Positions 39,165 through 49,732 of a stretch of 61,513 nt of DNA are shown in pieces. Source of the DNA: a virus (taxonomy: Duplodnaviria; Caudoviricetes); the IMG/VR virus record IMGVR_UViG_3300036770_006790, positions 1-61,513 of that record; one strand, 5' to 3'. Made by a program: the position numbers and the translations under genes. Position 1 is the first letter of the stretch; every line of letters starts with the position of its first letter. The notes under the pieces are model-generated. The model did not search any database, was not told the DNA's origin, and saw nothing but the letters and a program-made list of their open reading frames with translations.

Positions 39165-39716
39165 TTATTTGAAATAATAAAAAATTTCATCTGTAATTAT
39201 AAAATTATTAGTTGCTGAAATTAATTTTTCAATAAAATCAAAGTCTTCTCCATCTCTGTTATTATCAAATCTTATATTGTATTTGTTTTTGTAGCAAAAA
39301 GAAATACCTACATTACCATAAGATATAGTATTATTTCTTGGTATAATTAAACCTTTATCATTAACCATTCTCCAAATAACTAAATCATAAGAATTATATT
39401 TTTCGAATAAAGTTTCAACGTAATTTTCGTGAATTGTGTCATCATCATCTACAAAACCAACCCATTCTGTATCACAAATTTCCAATCCATAATTTCTTAC
39501 TAAACCAGACATGCCGTGATGAAGTTCATTTTTTTCTACACCAGTTTTTTTTATCTGTATTGTTTTTATTCTATCATCTTTAAACTTTTGACCTTTGACT
39601 CCATCGTAAATTATAATACAATTCCAATTAGGATTGCTCTGATTTATAATAGAATTAACAGTATCTTTTAATGTTTTTCTATTTAAAGATGGTATTATAA
39701 ATGTTATTTTATTCAT
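39165..39716 (-). CDS. Glycosyltransferase family 2
   Basis: Start at MNKITFIIPS; RNYGL, FVDDDD, GEDF. Confidence 0.8.
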   Translation of the reverse strand: MNKITFIIPSLNRKTLKDTVNSIINQSNPNWNCIIIYDGVKGQKFKDDRIKTIQIKKTGVEKNELHHGMSGLVRNYGLEICDTEWVGFVDDDDTIHENYVETLFEKYNSYDLVIWRMVNDKGLIIPRNNTISYGNVGISFCYKNKYNIRFDNNRDGEDFDFIEKLISATNNFIITDEIFYYFK

Positions 39717-41223
39717 AAAATCTAAAAACATTTTTTATTTTATCGAAATTAGAACGAACAAAAGACAATAATGTATTATAATCTTTTGTCATTTTATTTT
39801 GTTTTTCCTGATCCTCATTTCTTGTTTGACTTTCGTAGTGATACGCAACTAAACGACCATCATTGTAATTATTTAATCCCTTTACTATGCAGACATAATT
39901 TAATTCTAAGTCTTCAAAACAAGAAATATAATTTTCGTTAAATCCTCCACATTTATTAAAAGTTTTTAATCTAATCATCATTAAAGCCGCAGTGTTACCT
40001 GAAACATTTTTTATGTAAGGTAAATAATAATAATAAGTTGATAATCCATGATGTGTGACATAGAATTGGTTTTTTATTACTGAACTGGCGACACCATCAT
40101 GTTGAACCAAATTATTCTCATAATGTAATCTACACCCAACAGTTCCAACTTTGTTTTTCTTACAAAAAATATCTAGCATTCCACCAAGAACATCATTTAG
40201 TAATCTTATATCATTATTACAAAATAAAATAAATTTAAATCTATCTCCGATTATGTTATTTACAACATCATTATTTATTTTAGCAAAGTTGTAATAATCG
40301 TATTCTATAAAATGAATTTTTACTGTTTCTTTTTTTAACTCAATAAAATTTTTTATTTCATTTTTCTCTTTTTCATTTGATCCTGTATCCGCAATAAAAA
40401 TTTCATATATAGAGGCATCACAATTTTGTATAAAAGAATTTATACAATTAAACAACAAATTATTTTTACTTTTTGTCAAAATAATTACTGCTGTTAATCC
40501 AATTTTTTTTGATATTTTTGTTTTTATGTTTTCAAAATATATTGAATTCGGTTTTAAATCTAATGGTAAAATATCTTTGTATTTTTCAACAAAAAATTCT
40601 TTAGTTTTAAAAAATTCATCATTGGGTACCCCTATTGATTTATGAGTTATCTCAAAAGAACTAGTAACACCAATTTTAACACCACTAATATAGTTAGGTA
40701 GGCAAAAACCATGATCATAAAAATGAAATTTACCAAAAGATTCATCAAATCGATGTTTTATTTTATCCAAATTAAAAGATATAAATAAACCATCAATACT
40801 CACAACAGGAATAATAAAAGGTAATTTAGGTGAATATTTACTCAGCCATTTTTTATTTGATTCAGGGTTATGGTAAACTTGACCAACCATAGTAAAGTCT
40901 TTTTTTTCCCAAAAAACGCCAGAAGAAGGAAAATAAGTCGTACCCGCTTTACCTATGATACCAAAATCAGGATTTTTATTAAAATCATTTAAAAGCGATT
41001 TACCCCAATTTTTACTTAACTCAATATCATTATGGCAACAAACAATTATACTATTTTTAGCTAACTCTATCCCTTTATTATATAACTCAGATAAACCAAA
41101 ATCTCCATGGTTAATAAACTCTAAAATCTCAAAATCTTTAACACCTATAGTGTTTGATAAATGATTTTTAAATAATTTATTGTACTCGGAATCTTTGTGC
41201 GTTGAATAAATAATTGTTATCAT
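39709..41223 (-). CDS. Two-domain GT2-type glycosyltransferase
   Basis: N-domain YNKG..CCHND...DGLF...FHFYD; C-domain DTGS, NFAKINN, FCNND, GGFNE...EDLE. Confidence 0.82.
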   Translation of the reverse strand: MITIIYSTHKDSEYNKLFKNHLSNTIGVKDFEILEFINHGDFGLSELYNKGIELAKNSIIVCCHNDIELSKNWGKSLLNDFNKNPDFGIIGKAGTTYFPSSGVFWEKKDFTMVGQVYHNPESNKKWLSKYSPKLPFIIPVVSIDGLFISFNLDKIKHRFDESFGKFHFYDHGFCLPNYISGVKIGVTSSFEITHKSIGVPNDEFFKTKEFFVEKYKDILPLDLKPNSIYFENIKTKISKKIGLTAVIILTKSKNNLLFNCINSFIQNCDASIYEIFIADTGSNEKEKNEIKNFIELKKETVKIHFIEYDYYNFAKINNDVVNNIIGDRFKFILFCNNDIRLLNDVLGGMLDIFCKKNKVGTVGCRLHYENNLVQHDGVASSVIKNQFYVTHHGLSTYYYYLPYIKNVSGNTAALMMIRLKTFNKCGGFNENYISCFEDLELNYVCIVKGLNNYNDGRLVAYHYESQTRNEDQEKQNKMTKDYNTLLSFVRSNFDKIKNVFRFYE

Positions 41224-41759
41224 TTTAATCCAGTTGACCCAAACCCATTTTTACCCCTATCTTTCGAGGGAATTTTATCCAATTCAATAAGCCTAACCAT
41301 ATCCCCCCGTTGAACGGGGCACAAGACCGCTTGCGCAATCTTGTCCCCGCTCTTGAAGTGGTAATCTTCTTTCGAAGTATTAAAAATAATAACCATAATC
41401 TCATCGGTATATCCCCAATCAACAGTTCCGGGAGTATTCAATACAGTCAACCCAAATTTATCTGCCAACCCAGATTTTGGTCTCACTTGTATTTCAAAAC
41501 CATAAGGGATATCAAAAGCAACCCCTGTTCTGATTTTTGCCCTATCTAAAGATGGAACGATACAATCGTCAACACAGTATAAATCAAAACCAGAATCTGT
41601 GGGATAGGCATACTCAGGAACTTTAGCCCTATTGTCCAATAACGTGAATCCCAATTTTTTTTTGTTGAAATTGTCCATAAAGGCTTTGTCTAAATCTTCG
41701 AGTTGTTGATCTAAACTTTTTTCCATTTCGGCGATTAAATCTTTAAATTCTTCACTCAT
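41220..41759 (-). CDS. dut: Trimeric dUTPase
   Basis: SGFDL, RPKSGLA, NTPGTVD..Y, GDKIAQ, RG.NGFGSTG. Confidence 0.95.
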   Translation of the reverse strand: MSEEFKDLIAEMEKSLDQQLEDLDKAFMDNFNKKKLGFTLLDNRAKVPEYAYPTDSGFDLYCVDDCIVPSLDRAKIRTGVAFDIPYGFEIQVRPKSGLADKFGLTVLNTPGTVDWGYTDEIMVIIFNTSKEDYHFKSGDKIAQAVLCPVQRGDMVRLIELDKIPSKDRGKNGFGSTGLK

Positions 41760-42454
41760 TGCAGTTCAAATAATTTTTTAACAATATTAAATGTACTTTC
41801 AACATCTTTTGAGCAATAATCTGAAATTGCTGTCAGATTACCACTATTCCAAAATTCATTATGTACTTTATTCCCCACCACATCCCCGACTTTTGGTGAT
41901 TGTACATCCATAGAAGCACAAACCAAATCCAAAGAAGAAAGGGTATAATTGTTGTTGAATTGCCAAAGTTCTTTTGTATCAATAACTTTAACATCCCAAG
42001 GCTTTGTTGCGTAAGTTGGTAAAATTTGCGGAGGACGAATACCATTGATAATCATTCTCTTTGATAGCATAGGCATATCAAAAGTTTTGATGTTATGGCC
42101 GCAAAGCATAAAATTTAGCCCATGAATTTTATCCAGAAATTCACGAACCTCTAAAAGAAGTTCATTTTCATTCTCGTTAAATATGTTTTTCTTCTTAAAT
42201 TCCCCCTTGTTAAGATAACCCGCACTGAAACAAACTATCTTCGCAAATTCTGGAATTAATGCAGACCTATTCGGAAAAATTTCTTCAGCCCATAAGTTTT
42301 CATCTTCTGGGAATCTTTTTTTGAACCAGTCAATGTACCGCATAAAAACACCATGCAAGTGTGGACGGTTTTTTTCAAGAGATCCCAAATCCTTTTCAAT
42401 TCCAACGGTTTCGATGTCGAAAAATAAAATTTTCTCCAAAGGTTGACTAATCAT
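41756..42454 (-). CDS. 3'-5' exonuclease (PolB-exo/DEDD-like)
   Basis: FFDIET, GHNIKTFD, YCSKDV. Confidence 0.85.
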   Translation of the reverse strand: MISQPLEKILFFDIETVGIEKDLGSLEKNRPHLHGVFMRYIDWFKKRFPEDENLWAEEIFPNRSALIPEFAKIVCFSAGYLNKGEFKKKNIFNENENELLLEVREFLDKIHGLNFMLCGHNIKTFDMPMLSKRMIINGIRPPQILPTYATKPWDVKVIDTKELWQFNNNYTLSSLDLVCASMDVQSPKVGDVVGNKVHNEFWNSGNLTAISDYCSKDVESTFNIVKKLFELQ

Positions 42455-42457
42455 TGT

Positions 42458-43672
42458 TTAATGTTTTAAAGTTTTATAAAATTCAGCTCTATCCTTAGTT
42501 ACATTTCTTAAATCGTATTTATCTTTAACTGTTTCATATAAACTTTCTCCCAAGTCTTTCACAAGATTAGGATTTTTATAAAGTTTTTCAATATACTTTG
42601 CCCAATCCAAATTTGAATTTTCATCATCAACCAATAGTGCATTTCCATTTCCATATCCATTTTTGCTCCATGCGTTTTTCAAATCTATCGTATAAGGTCC
42701 AACCTTAGAGGCAATAAGTGCTTTTTTATAGAAACCAGATTCAATAACTTTTAGTTGTGATTTAGCCCTATTAAACGTATTATCCCGTATTGGTGCCAAA
42801 GATACGTCAAATTTTGCATAATTTTTTGCGTATGATGTGACAGGCTGTGTCCATACCCGAACATATGGTTGTTTATCCTCTTCTGGATATTTTTCCTGCA
42901 CAAAGGTAAATAAATATTTTTTATAATCTTCAGAAACTGTAGAATAATTTTGTGTAAATATTTTTTCATATTTAACCCATACTGTTTCTTGTGGCAATAT
43001 GTCTCGTTTTCTTTGCTCGCCAGTTTCTTTGTTTATTTCTGTTACGGAACCTCTTGTATCAAAACCACATAGAAACAATTGTATTCTATCCAAAACACTT
43101 CCTAATCTTGAAAAAGATTTATCCAAAAGCAATAAATCGTGTTCATGAGAACTTCCCCCCAACCAACCAATTCTAAGTTTATCTGATTCAATCGTGGGCT
43201 CCTTGAATTGTCTTTCATTAGGATTTATAGCATTTGGAAAAACATAGACATTTTTATTGTACGCTTTAATTAATCCAGCAAAAATTGAAGTTGTGGTAGT
43301 TACGTACATTGAAACTTTTATATTATCAATAATTTTTCTGTTTATATTATGGTGAGTAATTATTTCATGTATAGGGTGTTCTTTGGGCGGCATCCAGTAA
43401 TCATCAATATCACATACTGTGATAATGCCCATGTTATTTAGTTTTATGATTCTCTCCCTACCTTTTTCAAAATCTTGACCTATATTCCGATGAAAAACAA
43501 CAATATCATATTTTTTCCAATAATCATCATTATCAATTTCTGGTTTATAATCTATTTCGACAAAAAAGTCATCTGGATATTCATTTTGAAGAAAAACATG
43601 GGGATCAACAGAACGGAATTTGCCCACACCAAACATGTCACTGGGAAGCACCAAAACATTTATTTTTGACAT
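42458..43672 (-). CDS. Glycosyltransferase, GT-B (GT4-like)
   Basis: DIDDYW, PNAI, IGWLGGSSH..DL, FNRAKSQLKVIE. Confidence 0.8.
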   Translation of the reverse strand: MSKINVLVLPSDMFGVGKFRSVDPHVFLQNEYPDDFFVEIDYKPEIDNDDYWKKYDIVVFHRNIGQDFEKGRERIIKLNNMGIITVCDIDDYWMPPKEHPIHEIITHHNINRKIIDNIKVSMYVTTTTSIFAGLIKAYNKNVYVFPNAINPNERQFKEPTIESDKLRIGWLGGSSHEHDLLLLDKSFSRLGSVLDRIQLFLCGFDTRGSVTEINKETGEQRKRDILPQETVWVKYEKIFTQNYSTVSEDYKKYLFTFVQEKYPEEDKQPYVRVWTQPVTSYAKNYAKFDVSLAPIRDNTFNRAKSQLKVIESGFYKKALIASKVGPYTIDLKNAWSKNGYGNGNALLVDDENSNLDWAKYIEKLYKNPNLVKDLGESLYETVKDKYDLRNVTKDRAEFYKTLKH

Positions 43673-43727
43673 CTAATTCATTTTATGTCAAAAATCTATG
43701 AATACAAAATAAAAAATAAATAGATAA

Positions 43728-44261
43728 TTACTTCAACTTCTTAACCTTTGTGACCTTTCCTTCAAAGATATGTTTTCCAACCTTAAAGCTAAAAACATCG
43801 TTGGTCGCTTGCACATTTTCAATCAATAGGCTATTCTCTTTCAAGGCTTCCTCAACAGTCTCCTTTATAATTTTCTTTATTAGTTCATAATCTATTGAAA
43901 CGTTAGATTCTTTAACATCAGATTTTTTTTGTTTGGCATTCATCAAGCGAGACGCCTTTTCAACAAACTCATCCGATAGTGTATTTTGATTTGGCTTTTG
44001 TTGTTCGATTGGATGTTCAATCATTAATTGCTTTATTGAATCAGGCAACTTGGATTGTTTAATCTTATCCAAACTATTACTACGAGGTGGTTCTTGAATG
44101 GTTTTTTGTTCAGGAATATTATACCTTACATTCTGTGGCATTTCCTCATCTGGAATGTTAATATTCATAGGAAGTGCGGCACCAGAGTTTCTTGGTATAT
44201 TATTGTGCTTATCCATAATGGCCTTCGAAACCATCAATTTTTGCATCAAATCATCTGTCAT
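43728..44261 (-). CDS. Hypothetical protein
   Basis: 177 aa ORF with internal IKKIIKETVEE motif. Confidence 0.7.
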   Translation of the reverse strand: MTDDLMQKLMVSKAIMDKHNNIPRNSGAALPMNINIPDEEMPQNVRYNIPEQKTIQEPPRSNSLDKIKQSKLPDSIKQLMIEHPIEQQKPNQNTLSDEFVEKASRLMNAKQKKSDVKESNVSIDYELIKKIIKETVEEALKENSLLIENVQATNDVFSFKVGKHIFEGKVTKVKKLK

Positions 44262-44311
44262 AATGTTTTATTTTTAAAATAGATATATTTCACAAAAAAG
44301 AAAAGGAAAAA

Positions 44312-44827
44312 TCATTTTTTAAACTTGGAAAAGAAATTTGTGAATTTATCTTTAATTTTGTTAATCCAGCTTGTCGTTGGTTGTTTTGGTGCCTCTGGCT
44401 GCGCTTGTGGTTGAGCACCGACTTCTCCTTCTGGTGGTTTAACCCCATCAAATTTGGCATTGATATATATTTTTGTCATACTCTTATCCCCAGAAAAATT
44501 ATATCCCGGTCTTGGCTCGTTAAAAACATATCCAGCCAAGGTCAAGGAAATTATCTTATCCAAACGAAATAGCCTCCATCCCGGCAATGGTTGTTTTCCA
44601 ATATATGCGGTATGTGAAGCTCCTTCATAATCCCACGCTCTCAATGCCATGTTTCCGGCTTTTGTCTCACCCAAACAAACAGGTTCAATTACCCGCATAC
44701 CTTTGCCACCCGGTTCATCACCATCATAATAAATAACAAGAACTTGCCTTCCCTTTATCGCATCGGATACCGTTTGATAAGAAGCAGACTCGGTTATAAG
44801 ATATTTTAGGGCTTCGGTTAGTTTCAT
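44312..44827 (-). CDS. Stand-alone WYL-domain protein
   Basis: AIKGRQVLVIYY...RVIEPVCL...LRAW...WRLFRLDKI. Confidence 0.8.
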   Translation of the reverse strand: MKLTEALKYLITESASYQTVSDAIKGRQVLVIYYDGDEPGGKGMRVIEPVCLGETKAGNMALRAWDYEGASHTAYIGKQPLPGWRLFRLDKIISLTLAGYVFNEPRPGYNFSGDKSMTKIYINAKFDGVKPPEGEVGAQPQAQPEAPKQPTTSWINKIKDKFTNFFSKFKK

Positions 44828-45121
44828 TTAGAAATTGGGATATACATTAGATTTGTTGTATTTGTTGATTTTGATATTGTTTTTTCTCTCAACATTGTCC
44901 TCCAATGTCCCAGCACTATCATTCATGACATCCAAGAAAACACCAGTACCGCGGCCCTGAGAATCACCATCCGCAATAGCGTTTGGGTTGATTGTAGAGT
45001 ACTCAAAAGATTGTTGTTTGTACTCATTTCTGGGCAAGAGTTTAGCCCTTTCGATATTTGCATATTCGGTCAGCTTATTGTCAATATCTTGACTCAAATC
45101 TATTGCATATTCATTTGGCAT
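44828..45121 (-). CDS. Hypothetical protein
   Basis: 97 aa ORF in a tight operon. Confidence 0.65.
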   Translation of the reverse strand: MPNEYAIDLSQDIDNKLTEYANIERAKLLPRNEYKQQSFEYSTINPNAIADGDSQGRGTGVFLDVMNDSAGTLEDNVERKNNIKINKYNKSNVYPNF

Positions 45122-45599
45122 AGTTTATAATGTTTTTAATTTTTTCTATTGCTTCCATAACTGGATTTGGTAAGTTTCCGATTGATGTCGCGTGTCGTTG
45201 TGATGCTTTTAAATGTTCTTTTGACGGTCTTATGCTTATTCCCGGTTTTTCGTGTTCCTTCCGGAATTGATTGTTAAATCCAGCCTCCATTTTATTTCTT
45301 TTTGTGGCTTCAACATTGTTTCTCATATTGTCCAATGTCATATTGACCCACCATTTCATTTCCTTCCCACCATTCAATATATATTGAATATCTGTTGTTT
45401 TTCCTTTAAAAGTGTCAAAAAAGTTCTTAATCCTTTTTAATCTGGTATAAGATATTTTTTCTGAATTTTGCAATTCAAGATTCCTTTTATACCCTTCGGT
45501 ATCTTTAGCAGCATTTCCGTATTTATCCATAGTTTTTTTCAAGTGAAGTCTCATTTCATCAGGGAAAAATACTTCCTTGCCGTATAAATCTTTATTCAT
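45111..45599 (-). CDS. Hypothetical protein
   Basis: 162 aa ORF in a tight operon. Confidence 0.7.
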   Translation of the reverse strand: MNKDLYGKEVFFPDEMRLHLKKTMDKYGNAAKDTEGYKRNLELQNSEKISYTRLKRIKNFFDTFKGKTTDIQYILNGGKEMKWWVNMTLDNMRNNVEATKRNKMEAGFNNQFRKEHEKPGISIRPSKEHLKASQRHATSIGNLPNPVMEAIEKIKNIINYAK

Positions 45600-46239
45600 T
45601 TTTAATCATGTTAATTAGGTCTTCTTTTGTGACACCTTCATTTTCGGCCATGGCAACCAAAGCAGAAATATTTCTTTTTAAAAGTTTTGATACTTCTTGA
45701 TTTTTTACAATATCCCTATCTGCTTTTCGTTTCGCTATCACATCTTCTACCATTTTCAATATTCTCTCCCTTTCGTTCAATCTTGCTTTAGTTATAAATC
45801 CTTTTTTATTTTTCATTGAAGATTTCTTATCCTTTTCTCCTGTTGGGTCTTTACCGAATTCCAAAGTTCTATCGTTTGCTTCTTCTTTGCTTAGACCGAG
45901 TTTTTTGATTAGGTAATCATACGTTTCTTTTCCATCCATTTCCTTAGTCTCCTCATAACCAAATGCTTTGGACATATCCGTTTCCTCTATTCCTTCACCA
46001 TAATATGTTCTATAACCTCTGGTAATTGGGTCATTTGTTATCCTGCCCATCGCCACGCTTTGGTCAGTAGTTTTTACTGGGGATATTGATGGGTCCAATA
46101 TAGGTTTATTTGAAACCATAAAGTTGCCATCACCATCCACAAATTCTTCCAAGTCCTTTTTTACTTGTGGCTTCTTTCTCTTTCGTTTTTTCAAAGCTGC
46201 TAAATATGCTTTTAAATCAGATTTCTTTGGTTTCATCAT
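45592..46239 (-). CDS. Hypothetical protein
   Basis: 215 aa basic ORF, first gene after the divergent promoter region. Confidence 0.7.
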   Translation of the reverse strand: MMKPKKSDLKAYLAALKKRKRKKPQVKKDLEEFVDGDGNFMVSNKPILDPSISPVKTTDQSVAMGRITNDPITRGYRTYYGEGIEETDMSKAFGYEETKEMDGKETYDYLIKKLGLSKEEANDRTLEFGKDPTGEKDKKSSMKNKKGFITKARLNERERILKMVEDVIAKRKADRDIVKNQEVSKLLKRNISALVAMAENEGVTKEDLINMIKNE

Positions 46240-46260
46240 AAAATTATTTGAGTCTGAGCA

Positions 46261-46279
46261 CTATTTATTCATAAATATC
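46261..46279. promoter_or_regulatory. Overlapping divergent putative late promoters (TATTTAT on both strands)
   Basis: CTATTTAT (+, 46261-46268) and ATAAATAT (46271-46278, i.e. ATATTTAT on -) lie between the divergent starts 46239 and 46292. Confidence 0.55.
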
Positions 46280-46291
46280 TGATAATTTAAA

Positions 46292-49200
46292 ATGCCTTAT
46301 CAAAATATAAATGAATATAATTTTAGTAAGATATTCCTTATTCCCGTCAATGAAATAACGGATATATCTTTGGCATCAGATGAAAAAGATTTTGATTCGG
46401 AAATTGTGTTTTCGCAAAATATTATTGGTTATAATGATGGAAATGTATTACCCATAAATATTGAAATATTTGATAGCGGAACTACAACTGAAAATATTTT
46501 AATATCTAAAAATTATCTAAGACAAGCACTTCCATTTTCCTCCACAACTTTTTCTTTGTGTGACATTGGTTTAACAGGTATTGACAATGGTCTAACAGAT
46601 GGTATGAGTGGTTATACCATAGAAATAAATAATGGCATATATTCTAACGAAAACGACAAATTTGACCGTTACAAATATGACCAAAGAATGAAATTCCACA
46701 AGATAAACGGTAATACAACTCCTCAAAACAGAATATTTGATGATGACAGTTACACTTACAACGCAGTAATTGATACTGATGATGATCTTGTTGGTAATTA
46801 TTTGCGCCTTGATGGTGGATTTTATCAAGGGTTTTATAAGTTATTCGGATACGACTACGAAGTTTTCCCGGAAAGAGTTAATTTAGGTTGGACGGCAGAA
46901 TTTCTAATTAGACACAGGTTTAATAGTCCATCTAACATAGGTTTGAATGCAAGATATAGCGGAAATAGCGGCATATTTTTTTACATCGGGGCAAGGGCAG
47001 AAAACAAATTTTATCACAGCGCAACTGGTTATCCGCTATCTTATTCATCTTACACAAGAGTGACAAGCGGGCTTACTTCAATTGAAACTTGTGAATGTAG
47101 TGGGGCGACAAATAGTGAAACTTGTGATTACATATATCCAAACAAAGAAAGCACAAACCCTTATTATAACGAAAAAAACCCGTTATATGATTCCGCATCA
47201 AATGGTTTTGCCGTCAGATTAAGCGGAAATACTGGAAACCCAAAATTATGTGTAAGAACTTATAGTTTATCAGGAAATTGCGATTCAGAAAAAACCTTTC
47301 AAACTGGCGTAACATTTAATGAATGGTGTTCAACAAATGGGATATTCGAAGAATTCAAAAACACAAGTTATATAGATATCGAAAAATGGGCACAAATAGA
47401 TATTGTCTTTAAAAGATATAGATATTTCGATGATTGTGACTTGGGTTATTATGGTGGGTTAGATAAAATAAAAGAAACAAAATTTTTAGATAGTTTAGAT
47501 GGAAATAGTACTGCTTTAATTGAACCGCCTATAACACAAAATCAAGAAGAAGCAGAAAAAATAGAAATTTATAATTTAAATAATAAATGGTTAACTGATG
47601 TTGAAAATAGGCTTGGGGAATTAAAAATATTCATTAATGGGAAACCGTTAATGATTATTGAAAATTTTGAAGAAGTAATACCCAGACCTTTAAATGCAAA
47701 TAAAAACATTCAGCTATCGGTACCATACAATATATCAATAGGCGGTGGAACACAAGGTTTACATGATAACCTTGTTTTTTTAAATTCCGAATCAGGTTCA
47801 ACATATCAACAAGACCCTGAGTTGCTACCAACAAAAATATTAGAAAAAACACCTTTTTCTGGATTAAGTACAAATATATTTCTTGAAGAATATTTTGGTG
47901 GTTCTTTTATTGGCGATTTGTCTGCTTTTAGAATGTACACCAAACCCCTTAATTCAGCCCAAATAAGGCACAATTTCAAAATATTAAAAGATAAATATGC
48001 TTTAGCAAATTTATTTGTTCCAGAATGTATTCCACCAGAAGTTCTTAGTTGTAGGTTTAATGTTGATATTGATATACTTAGTTGTGATTTTGGTATGGAT
48101 GTCGTCGAAATACCACCAACCCCAACGCCTACTCCCACGCAAACAGTCACACCTACATTTACACCCACAAACACAGCAACCCAAACACCAACGCCTACTC
48201 TTACACCTACTAACACGGAAACATCAACGCCTACTCCCACACCTACGAATACCTTAACACCTACGAACACAGTTACACCTACGAACACAATTACGCCTAC
48301 AAATACGGTAACCCCTACAAATACAGTAACGCCAACCAATACGGTAACACCCACGAATACAGTAACACCTACGAATACACTCACACCCACGAATACACTC
48401 ACACCCACGAATACGGTAACTCCGACTAACACAGTAACGCCAACCAATACGGTAACACCCACGAATACAGTAACACCTACGAACACTGTCACTCCCACGA
48501 ATACGGCTACACCCACGAATACGGTAACACCTACAAATACAATAACACCCACGAATACAGTTACACCTACGGTTACCCAAACATTGACACCCACTAACAC
48601 GGAAACTTCAACGCCTACGCCCACGCCTACGAATACCGTAACGCCTACTAACACTGTCACCCCTACGAACACTGTTACTCCTACAAATACAGTAACGCCT
48701 ACAAATACGGTAACACCTACGGCTACCCAAACATTAACACCTACTGTTACTGAAACACCAGCACAAACACCAACAAATACGGTGACACCAACAAATACGG
48801 TTACACCATCTGGTAGTTTACCATTAACGCCCACGCCTACAAATACTAATACCTCAACTATCACAACAACGCCAACACAAACACCTACAAATAGTGTAAC
48901 GCCAACAAATACAATAACACCAACCAATACAGTTACGCCTACAAACACATCAACACCAACAAGCACACTTACACCAACTAATACTATATCACCATCCGTA
49001 ACTATTACTCCAACCATAACAACAACACCTACGAATACAGTAACACCAACTAATACAATCACACCTACAAACACAACAACACCTACAAACACAATAACAT
49101 CAAGCCAAACACCTACGGTTACGATTAGCCCAACTAATACCATAACACCTACTCAAACACCAACGAATACGGTTACACCTACCATTACAGTTACGCCAAC

Positions 49201-49315
49201 AAATACGACAACACCCACAAATACAGTTACCCCAACTCAGATAACCTTCCATGTGTTGCTCGAAAATGGAGATGTTTTAAATACTGAGGATGATTTCATA
49301 ATTGATTACAGTTAA
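46292..49315 (+). CDS. Putative virion protein: LamG/ConA-like domain + mucin-like Thr/Pro repeat region
   Basis: LKIFING...[20 protein letters not shown] resembles a LamG end, followed by ~370 aa of TPTNTV repeats. Confidence 0.7.
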   Translation: MPYQNINEYNFSKIFLIPVNEITDISLASDEKDFDSEIVFSQNIIGYNDGNVLPINIEIFDSGTTTENILISKNYLRQALPFSSTTFSLCDIGLTGIDNGLTDGMSGYTIEINNGIYSNENDKFDRYKYDQRMKFHKINGNTTPQNRIFDDDSYTYNAVIDTDDDLVGNYLRLDGGFYQGFYKLFGYDYEVFPERVNLGWTAEFLIRHRFNSPSNIGLNARYSGNSGIFFYIGARAENKFYHSATGYPLSYSSYTRVTSGLTSIETCECSGATNSETCDYIYPNKESTNPYYNEKNPLYDSASNGFAVRLSGNTGNPKLCVRTYSLSGNCDSEKTFQTGVTFNEWCSTNGIFEEFKNTSYIDIEKWAQIDIVFKRYRYFDDCDLGYYGGLDKIKETKFLDSLDGNSTALIEPPITQNQEEAEKIEIYNLNNKWLTDVENRLGELKIFINGKPLMIIENFEEVIPRPLNANKNIQLSVPYNISIGGGTQGLHDNLVFLNSESGSTYQQDPELLPTKILEKTPFSGLSTNIFLEEYFGGSFIGDLSAFRMYTKPLNSAQIRHNFKILKDKYALANLFVPECIPPEVLSCRFNVDIDILSCDFGMDVVEIPPTPTPTPTQTVTPTFTPTNTATQTPTPTLTPTNTETSTPTPTPTNTLTPTNTVTPTNTITPTNTVTPTNTVTPTNTVTPTNTVTPTNTLTPTNTLTPTNTVTPTNTVTPTNTVTPTNTVTPTNTVTPTNTATPTNTVTPTNTITPTNTVTPTVTQTLTPTNTETSTPTPTPTNTVTPTNTVTPTNTVTPTNTVTPTNTVTPTATQTLTPTVTETPAQTPTNTVTPTNTVTPSGSLPLTPTPTNTNTSTITTTPTQTPTNSVTPTNTITPTNTVTPTNTSTPTSTLTPTNTISPSVTITPTITTTPTNTVTPTNTITPTNTTTPTNTITSSQTPTVTISPTNTITPTQTPTNTVTPTITVTPTNTTTPTNTVTPTQITFHVLLENGDVLNTEDDFIIDYS
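48115..49238 (+). repeat. Degenerate 18-bp tandem repeat encoding TPTNT(V/I/L)
   Basis: Dozens of ACNCCNACNAAYACNGTN units with variable third positions. Confidence 0.92.
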
Positions 49316-49369
49316 AATAATATACCAACATATTTATTTAAAAAAATAATCGTCAGATAATTAATTAAT

Positions 49370-49726
49370 ATGGCCAATAAAAAAATATCGGAATTACCTT
49401 TAAGTTTTTCAGGTTCTCCGAACTCATTAATGGTGATTGTGAATTATGACCAAGAAATTACTGGCATAACAAATTCAATATATTTTTCGGCGTTAACTGC
49501 TCAATTTTCTATTGGTGATATTGAAATTTCTGGCACTACTGATGGAAGCAACAGAAACTTTACATTATCTAAGAACATACAAAACCCTAACAAAACATTA
49601 TTTTATTTTAATGGTCAGTTGCAAAAATATGGCGATAATTATTCAATAACAGGAACTACACTTGAAATATTGCCGAATACCTTTGCGCCAGAAAGTACGG
49701 ATTTTTTGAGGCTTTTAAGTTTTTAA
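49370..49726 (+). CDS. Putative small virion/tail-associated protein
   Basis: MANKKISELP start and DGSNRNFTL...FNGQLQ....YSI repeat type seen in phage structural proteins. Confidence 0.55.
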   Translation: MANKKISELPLSFSGSPNSLMVIVNYDQEITGITNSIYFSALTAQFSIGDIEISGTTDGSNRNFTLSKNIQNPNKTLFYFNGQLQKYGDNYSITGTTLEILPNTFAPESTDFLRLLSF

Positions 49727-49732
49727 TTTAAG

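Noticed and set aside
47806-49143. 445 aa Val/Gly-rich ORF on the minus strand (also 50059-50472)
   Set aside because: Antisense shadow of the TPTNTV repeat, which lacks stops on the reverse strand.
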